Positions 58,402 through 64,000 of a stretch of DNA of 64,000 bases are shown here, piece by piece. This DNA comes from Pseudomonadota bacterium (lineage in GTDB: Bacteria > UBA10199 > 2-02-FULL-44-16 > DYJF01): positions 276 to 64,275 of the forward strand of contig JBDRBB010000025.1 in NCBI GenBank assembly GCA_043823065.1. The letters are read 5' to 3'. The notes beneath the pieces are model-generated. The model saw only the letters and a program-made list of their open reading frames with translations. It was not told the origin of the DNA and did not search any database. The position numbers were made by a program, and so were the translations under genes. How positions within the stretch are numbered: position 1 is the stretch's first letter; every line of letters begins with the position of its first letter.

Positions 58402-59214
58402 TTATTGACCAATTGAACCAGCTGAATAAGTTAAATCATGAGCAGTTATCAAAACTCCGGTTTGAGCATCTAAATCTCCGGTTATGCTTTCAACCCGGCG
58501 GATGGTCTCGTTTATCAAGCCCTTATCAACTGCAACAACAATAACTCGGCTAAAACTGCGCGGTTGGTCGCTCCACAACCCTGCAAATAAAGGAATTTTT
58601 GCTAAATACACGGCAGTATTCTCTGCTTCAAGCACCACCAGATGGCTGGTTTCAACTCCTGTTAAAAGCTCTAGCACCTCATGAAACACCTTTTCATCTT
58701 GAATAAAAATATTGATTAAACTCTTGGTGGCTTGTTCTTTAGAAGGAATTTCAGTATGGGCATAACTTAAAAATCTCTGTTTTAGACTACTGGCATCTAC
58801 TTCAGCCAACAAGGATTGGATTGCCCCTGGCCTATGCAAAGCTTGAGAGATTTTGGAAAGCAATTTGATCTGTTTATTTGCTTCTGCTTCTGGCGCAATG
58901 ATAAAAATAATCAGCTTTACTTTTTCTTCATCAATAGCTTCAAATTCAACGCCCTCTGGGGCTGTTATAATTCCCACCACAAAATCTTTCACTGATTTTA
59001 GCCGGCAGTGCGGAATGGCTATGCCTTGGCCAAAACCAGTTGAACCCAAGGACTCTCTTTCTTTTAAACCATCAACAATAGCTTTTATATCTACTTTTTT
59101 CAAAAGATCACTTTTTTTAGCCACCTGAGCAATTGTTTCTAAAACTTCTTCTTTGACCTGAAATTTTGCGCCAGTTAAAATACATTCTTGCCTTAAACAA
59201 TCAATTAACTTCAT
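58402..59214 (-). CDS. PTS EIIA(Ntr)-like (PtsN-type) domain protein fused to a C-terminal domain of about 110 aa that may be PII-like
   Basis: Start moved to ATG 59214 (MKLIDCL) with SD aaaggag. The N-terminal domain has the EIIA-2 fold motifs including GIAIPH (phospho-His). The C-terminal 110 aa (VVLEAENTAVY...VIVVAVDKGLINE...GVLITAHDL) is an alpha/beta domain that I cannot place firmly. Confidence 0.6.
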   Translation of the reverse strand: MKLIDCLRQECILTGAKFQVKEEVLETIAQVAKKSDLLKKVDIKAIVDGLKERESLGSTGFGQGIAIPHCRLKSVKDFVVGIITAPEGVEFEAIDEEKVKLIIFIIAPEAEANKQIKLLSKISQALHRPGAIQSLLAEVDASSLKQRFLSYAHTEIPSKEQATKSLINIFIQDEKVFHEVLELLTGVETSHLVVLEAENTAVYLAKIPLFAGLWSDQPRSFSRVIVVAVDKGLINETIRRVESITGDLDAQTGVLITAHDLTYSAGSIGQ

Positions 59215-59287
59215 AAGAACTCCTTTCTTCTCTTGCATCGGCACTAGCAATTATATTAGATAACATTGCTTAGCAAGGATTTAAAAA

Positions 59288-59620
59288 ATGAAAACATTTA
59301 TCATAAACAATGAATTTATGGGGCAAGGAAGTCCGGAGCTTGGCGGACAAATTTTGGCGTCTTTTTTTAAAAAAATCGCTACTCATGCCAAAAATATAGA
59401 AGCAATTATTTTTTATAATTCTGGGGTTAAGTTAGTGGCCAATGATTCTCCCCATCTGGCTGATCTCGAACTAGTCCGCTCAGCAGGCATAGATCTGCTT
59501 GCTTGCGGAACTTGTCTTAACTTCTATGAACTAAGTGATAAACTAGCCATAGGTCGGCCCAGCAACATGCAAGAAATTTGTCAGATGTTAATTAAAGCTG
59601 ATAATGTTATCACACTTTAG
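59288..59620 (+). CDS. DsrE/DsrF/TusD-like protein
   Basis: IIFYNSGV, LLACGTCLNFYEL and ADNVITL follow the DsrE/TusD pattern. 110 aa. Confidence 0.55.
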   Translation: MKTFIINNEFMGQGSPELGGQILASFFKKIATHAKNIEAIIFYNSGVKLVANDSPHLADLELVRSAGIDLLACGTCLNFYELSDKLAIGRPSNMQEICQMLIKADNVITL

Positions 59621-59639
59621 AATATCGATAGGAGGAACT

Positions 59640-60086
59640 ATGAAAAAAATTTTATTAAATTTAATATTGTGTTGCCTAGCTATATTTATTTTTACAACAG
59701 CCTGCAAAGAGCCCATTGATTATGACAAACTTCCTCCTGAAAGTTTGATAAAAAATAACATTAAAGAAACTGATCTCACAGCCAAGGTGCATGTCACCTT
59801 CTTTCAAGAAGCTGATACTATTAAGACAGACGCGGGCAAGCCAGGTTATATTGTCTATAAAATCGATGCCACCAATGTTAAATGCTATAAAGGCGACCTA
59901 AAAAAACAGGAGCGCTTTAGTTATTATGAAACCAGGGAAGCTGGCATTCCCCGTCCTTTATTAGGTGGCATCTATTATATTAGCTTAAAGAAAAACGATA
60001 AGGGCGAATATTATGTGCCAGATAACGGCTATGCTTTTCTTTATGAAAGAGGAATGAATGAGCTATATAAAAAGGCGAGCCAGTAA
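59640..60086 (+). CDS. lipoprotein, function unknown
   Basis: Start moved to ATG 59640 (MKKILLNLILCCLAIF..TTAC) behind the SD aggagg. Lipobox Cys. No domain recognised. Confidence 0.45.
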   Translation: MKKILLNLILCCLAIFIFTTACKEPIDYDKLPPESLIKNNIKETDLTAKVHVTFFQEADTIKTDAGKPGYIVYKIDATNVKCYKGDLKKQERFSYYETREAGIPRPLLGGIYYISLKKNDKGEYYVPDNGYAFLYERGMNELYKKASQ

Positions 60087-60106
60087 ACTGACTCGCCTTT
60101 TTTTCT
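60069..60106. terminator. bidirectional rho-independent terminator
   Basis: aaaaaggcgag-ccagtaaactga-ctcgccttttttt has a perfect 11-bp stem flanked by an A-run and a T-run, between convergent genes. Confidence 0.65.
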
Positions 60107-60120
60107 GTTAACTATAAGCA

Positions 60121-63000
60121 TTAGAACAGGTTCCAAATAGTGTCATCATCAAGATAGGTTTCTGGCACACCAAAGCTGGTTAAAATTTCTGTAAATGGTT
60201 CGTGATAACCAGTTGTCATATTTTCTAACAACATAAAGGTAGAGTAAAATCGTTCATTGATTAGTTCCACATCCACTGCTTGTCCTGTTTGCGCATCATA
60301 GGTATATGCAGGCAAAGTAATTTGCGGCACAATTATATTTCCTTCTGTATTCCAAGCTAAGTACACAAAAGCAAAAGCTTCAATCACGTTAAATTCAGTA
60401 GCAGGTGTCACTTGTGCCTTTCCGCCCAAAGCCAATGAGGCCATATTAATCATCGTAATTGGTCGGCCAATTGAATAGGTGTTGAAACGCGCCTTAAACT
60501 GTCTTTCAGCCAAGCCATTGTCTGCCGGCACATTGTAAAAATCAAAGAAATCACCTGAAGATAAGTCTGGCAGGATATTACCCTCTTCATCTGGTTCAGG
60601 TGGCAGTTTATTCATACTAAATACATCTCCACAAGCAATGGTTTGCACGGCACCGCCTAATTCTGCTGGTTTTACATAACTCTTTTCTGCAGCCCAGCGA
60701 TAGAAATCCTCGCTCACACTATAGGGTGCATTTGGATTAGCCATATAAGGTCGCCAAGAGAAACTAGGTTCCATGACATCGCAGAGTAGCTCATTAAACA
60801 TGGTTTCACTACACCAGATGCCATCGCCATCATCTTGAACTCCGTTTAGATCTGCATCTACATTACACAAGTCTGGCGGAAAATCGTCAAAGTAAGGATC
60901 TGCAGAAACTAGATATCTAGGATTGGTCACATCACCGCTATAAACATAGTTATGCACATCACGATATTGCAAATCTTCTAAACCAAAAATACTGGTCAAG
61001 AGCCATCTCACACAAGTGTTGGTCTCAGAATGTTGCTGGCTAGGATCGACGAGCGCGCAAATAGCAGTTGTTCCATCTAATAGTTCTGCAGTATTATCAA
61101 TTTCACTGGTATCATGCAGACCAAGATAATACTGGCTACCATCGCAAGTTCCATCTTCATTTTCAATTACTGTATAATGGTCACTATAACTTACACAAAC
61201 TTCGATAGGCGCTGCGCCAATCTGCCAACCATCATACACCACAGCATAATCAAAACCAGCAATGGTTATAGACGGACCAGTATATAAGTGCACGCCAACT
61301 TCATGAACATCTACGCCTGGCAATAACCCAACATCACTAATATTCACAATTTGATCACGGCCATTTATATCCACCATGGGCAAACCTGTAGTCACACTAA
61401 CCGGTATTGTTGAGCCATCTTCATTAGTCTGATCATTAAAAGATAAGTAGTAAGCTCCAGCCAGATCTTGCACCACCGAAACAATATTAAGATTTTCATC
61501 CCGCACTATATTAACCTTAATAGCTGCAGCACTTGGATTGCCAGCATAGGGATCGCTATCATAAACCACAGAAATAAATTCGCCGCCTGTTCTGTTCCAA
61601 GGCAAATGAATGCGCTTAAAGATTATGCTTTCCTCAATCGCATCTAAATCAATATCTTTAGCGCTAAAACTGCTGATTGATTCTCCCTCATCGCAAAGGA
61701 TTGGCAATATCTCATGACAGCTTGGAACTTTTACCTCTGCTGCTGCCAGCCTTGATTCCAGATCTTCATCATAAACCATATTGATTAAAGGACTGTCATC
61801 TGGCGCCAAACAATATTGGATAGAAATACCAGATTCAAAACATTGTCGTAAACCAAGCACGCTGTTATCAACCAAAGTTGTATAAATATCCTGGGCTGTA
61901 AGGCTTATGCCATCAATATAGGCTTTAGCCATGGACATGATTGTATATTCGTCAATAATCGGCAGGAAATATTCATTTTCATTATCTGGATCATTGCGAT
62001 CATCTTCCACTGCATCTGGAATTACCGCCAAAGGAATGGCTGTACCTTCTTCAGCACATCCTGTGTCATCATCTACTGGGCAATAACTGACTTCAACCTG
62101 GCCGGAGGTAAACGGGCTGCCATAATAGCTATAGTGACAAAATGATTGGTTAGGTTGATTTAAGGAAATTATAAAACCCATTTGATGCAAGATATCGCAC
62201 ATGGCCTGAGTTACTGCTGCTGGATTATTGCCAGCTGCTAATAAACGACCGCGGGCAAATGAAGTATAACCCAAAGTTTTACATACACCTGGCAGTTCAT
62301 CAAATTTAGCTGCTAAGGTGGCTAGATCTAAAGGATCGCTTTCCCAGGATTGCAAGGTTGAAGCTTCAATTGTGTCTTCAATGCCCAAATCTACCAAGGT
62401 TTCATAGCAATCTCTGATCTTGCCAATCATCATGTCTAGATCAAAACCAGCCAGCGCGTTTCCAGTTATGCCGTAGATATTTCCATTATATTCAGCTGCA
62501 GCCACAGTAATTGTGGAAAGAGGATCTGCCCGAGCTGTAACTACATCTCCCTCTGTAACTTCAACATAGGAAGAAAGTTGCAGACCAACAAATTCAACTG
62601 GAGTGGCTAAAGTCAAAATTAATTTATAAGTTCCCACAGGTATACTGGAAAAAGAATATTCTCCACTGACAATGCTGACACTGGCAACTAGCTGGTCTTC
62701 CAAATCATACAGATCCGCAACACCACTTACTGCTGGGTCCACTATTTTTGCTAAGCCAGCCACTTTAAGGCTTTTGCTAATAGCCAGATCAGCACCAAGG
62801 TTGGATTCAAAGGAAGCTGAACCTGTGCTATTTTCCAGGGCCAGAGTACCAGCAATGCCTCCGACCTGAACAGCGCCAGATTCTCCAGAACCACTTGTGG
62901 AAGACATACCTCCACAACCATAACTACCTGGAACTAATAAGCTAATTGCCACTATTAAAATGGCCGCGCCAAACAAACCAAGCATTTTAAAGTTTGTCAT
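60121..63000 (-). CDS. large secreted protein (959 aa), function unknown
   Basis: Sec signal MTNFKMLGLFGAAILIVAISLLVPGSYGCGG. Acidic and Asp/Tyr-rich, with no catalytic motif I recognise. Confidence 0.55.
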   Translation of the reverse strand: MTNFKMLGLFGAAILIVAISLLVPGSYGCGGMSSTSGSGESGAVQVGGIAGTLALENSTGSASFESNLGADLAISKSLKVAGLAKIVDPAVSGVADLYDLEDQLVASVSIVSGEYSFSSIPVGTYKLILTLATPVEFVGLQLSSYVEVTEGDVVTARADPLSTITVAAAEYNGNIYGITGNALAGFDLDMMIGKIRDCYETLVDLGIEDTIEASTLQSWESDPLDLATLAAKFDELPGVCKTLGYTSFARGRLLAAGNNPAAVTQAMCDILHQMGFIISLNQPNQSFCHYSYYGSPFTSGQVEVSYCPVDDDTGCAEEGTAIPLAVIPDAVEDDRNDPDNENEYFLPIIDEYTIMSMAKAYIDGISLTAQDIYTTLVDNSVLGLRQCFESGISIQYCLAPDDSPLINMVYDEDLESRLAAAEVKVPSCHEILPILCDEGESISSFSAKDIDLDAIEESIIFKRIHLPWNRTGGEFISVVYDSDPYAGNPSAAAIKVNIVRDENLNIVSVVQDLAGAYYLSFNDQTNEDGSTIPVSVTTGLPMVDINGRDQIVNISDVGLLPGVDVHEVGVHLYTGPSITIAGFDYAVVYDGWQIGAAPIEVCVSYSDHYTVIENEDGTCDGSQYYLGLHDTSEIDNTAELLDGTTAICALVDPSQQHSETNTCVRWLLTSIFGLEDLQYRDVHNYVYSGDVTNPRYLVSADPYFDDFPPDLCNVDADLNGVQDDGDGIWCSETMFNELLCDVMEPSFSWRPYMANPNAPYSVSEDFYRWAAEKSYVKPAELGGAVQTIACGDVFSMNKLPPEPDEEGNILPDLSSGDFFDFYNVPADNGLAERQFKARFNTYSIGRPITMINMASLALGGKAQVTPATEFNVIEAFAFVYLAWNTEGNIIVPQITLPAYTYDAQTGQAVDVELINERFYSTFMLLENMTTGYHEPFTEILTSFGVPETYLDDDTIWNLF

Positions 63001-63298
63001 AACGCCTCCTAACTATTTGTTTTCTAACCTCTTTTTTGAGGTCAGACGCGACATTATACGTCGCAGATACAGGTATATACAGCAAGAAATATACCAATTG
63101 ATAATAATTCTTAATTATCTATCCAGCTGATTCACAATGATTTTTAAGAAAAAAAACCTGTTAAATAAGTGGATAAGGTAGAATTTACCTCAGAAAAGAC
63201 AGGTTTTTAGCGTCAATTATTTAACACCTCAAAACACAGGATCTTATTTACTAATCCTTGAGAAAAGAATAAACACCAGCCCAATAAAGGAGACTAAT

Positions 63299-64000
63299 AT
63301 GCAGAAAATAATGATTTCGGTTTGTTTACTTGCCTGCTTTTTTTTATTGGCCTGCCCTAATTCAACAACCACTACCAGTTCTGGAGGAACTACTGGCACA
63401 GGAACAACAGCTACTGGTCAAGCTACAAGGGAAGCTCCAATTGTGGCTGATCACACAGCAGTTGCTGGTTTTAATGCTGGCATACCAGAATCAGCAGTTA
63501 CCACAGCCAAGGCAAATTTAAATATTTTTTACGGTCATACTTCGCATGGCAGCCAATTAATGACTGGCATGACTATGCTGGGAGCTCCCTACTATAGCGC
63601 TGGAAGTAAGTTAAATATTACGGAAAATCGCGATGTGGATTTAGGCCACAGTGGAGATACATCCTGGGCAGACACCACCAGAACTGCACTTGATAACAAC
63701 GCCAATCTTAATGTCGTGATCTGGTCCTGGTGCGGCGGAGTTGCAGATAACACTACAGAGGGAATTAACACTTACCTCACCACCATGGATCAGCTTGAGC
63801 AAGAATATCCTGAAGTAACTTTTGTTTATATGACTGGCAGACATTGGAACTTTGATAACGAAGCCAGGGTTGAGGGCGAAAGTTCCAGCACTAACACGCA
63901 CATCCAAGAGATGAACACTTTGATTCGCAATTACGCAAATACTTACAATAAAGTGCTTTTTGATTTTGCTGATATTGAAGAATATGATCCAGATGGCACG
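63299..64000 (+). CDS. lipoprotein (5' partial; runs off the window end)
   Basis: ATG 63299 behind the SD aaggag. Lipobox FFLLACPNS then a Thr/Gly-rich linker. The frame stays open to position 64000. It is absent from the ORF track because no stop falls inside the window. Confidence 0.5.
   Translation, partial: MQKIMISVCLLACFFLLACPNSTTTTSSGGTTGTGTTATGQATREAPIVADHTAVAGFNAGIPESAVTTAKANLNIFYGHTSHGSQLMTGMTMLGAPYYSAGSKLNITENRDVDLGHSGDTSWADTTRTALDNNANLNVVIWSWCGGVADNTTEGINTYLTTMDQLEQEYPEVTFVYMTGRHWNFDNEARVEGESSSTNTHIQEMNTLIRNYANTYNKVLFDFADIEEYDPDGT

Noticed and set aside
1-64000. CRISPR arrays, rRNA or tRNA genes, IS elements, integrases or prophage modules
   Set aside because: I found no regularly spaced direct repeats. 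No transposase, integrase or recombinase-like ORFs are present. No rRNA-like conserved stretches are present. The window is ordinary chromosome with a few accessory-looking genes.

Overview
This is a 64 kb chromosomal segment from a low-GC diderm bacterium, read by eye from the sequence and the ORF track with no searches run. The diderm call rests on the tolQ-tolR-tolA-tolB cluster and the many lipoprotein signal peptides. Housekeeping genes are recognisable with high confidence: ahcY, plsB, a phosphofructokinase with PPi-type residues, ctpA, murI, class I fbaB, gpmA, pyk, ppx/gppA, ktrB/ktrA, a ZIP transporter, a P-type ATPase, agcS and brnQ. A sigma-54 activator, an M48 protease and a GT2 glycosyltransferase are also present. 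I found no rRNA, tRNA, CRISPR array, IS element or prophage. The region most worth a second look is an anaerobe-type gene cluster at 3771..7113 of unknown function. It contains a DUF134 DNA-binding protein, two DUF5320 Gly/Arg-rich proteins that both start MPRGDGTGP, two NifX/NifB-like FeMo-cofactor-domain proteins and two MinD/Mrp-type P-loop ATPases carrying 4Fe-4S ferredoxin inserts. Other notable items are as follows. There is an orphan MglA-like Ras GTPase whose two catalytic residues (Arg53 and Gln82 equivalents) are replaced by Asn and Asp. A lipoprotein carries a C-terminal thaumatin-like domain, which is rare in bacteria. A candidate sigma-54 promoter lies directly beside an enhancer-binding protein whose GAFTGA motif is replaced by GSFTSA. 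A short dispersed hairpin repeat family (TGTCATYC...GGAATCC) occurs in intergenic regions. A run of four hairpins forms the leader of a Nif3-family gene. A possible TLC/NTT-type nucleotide transporter is present. Several large secreted or effector-like proteins have no recognisable domains. A few ORF-track start codons look too far upstream and are corrected below.
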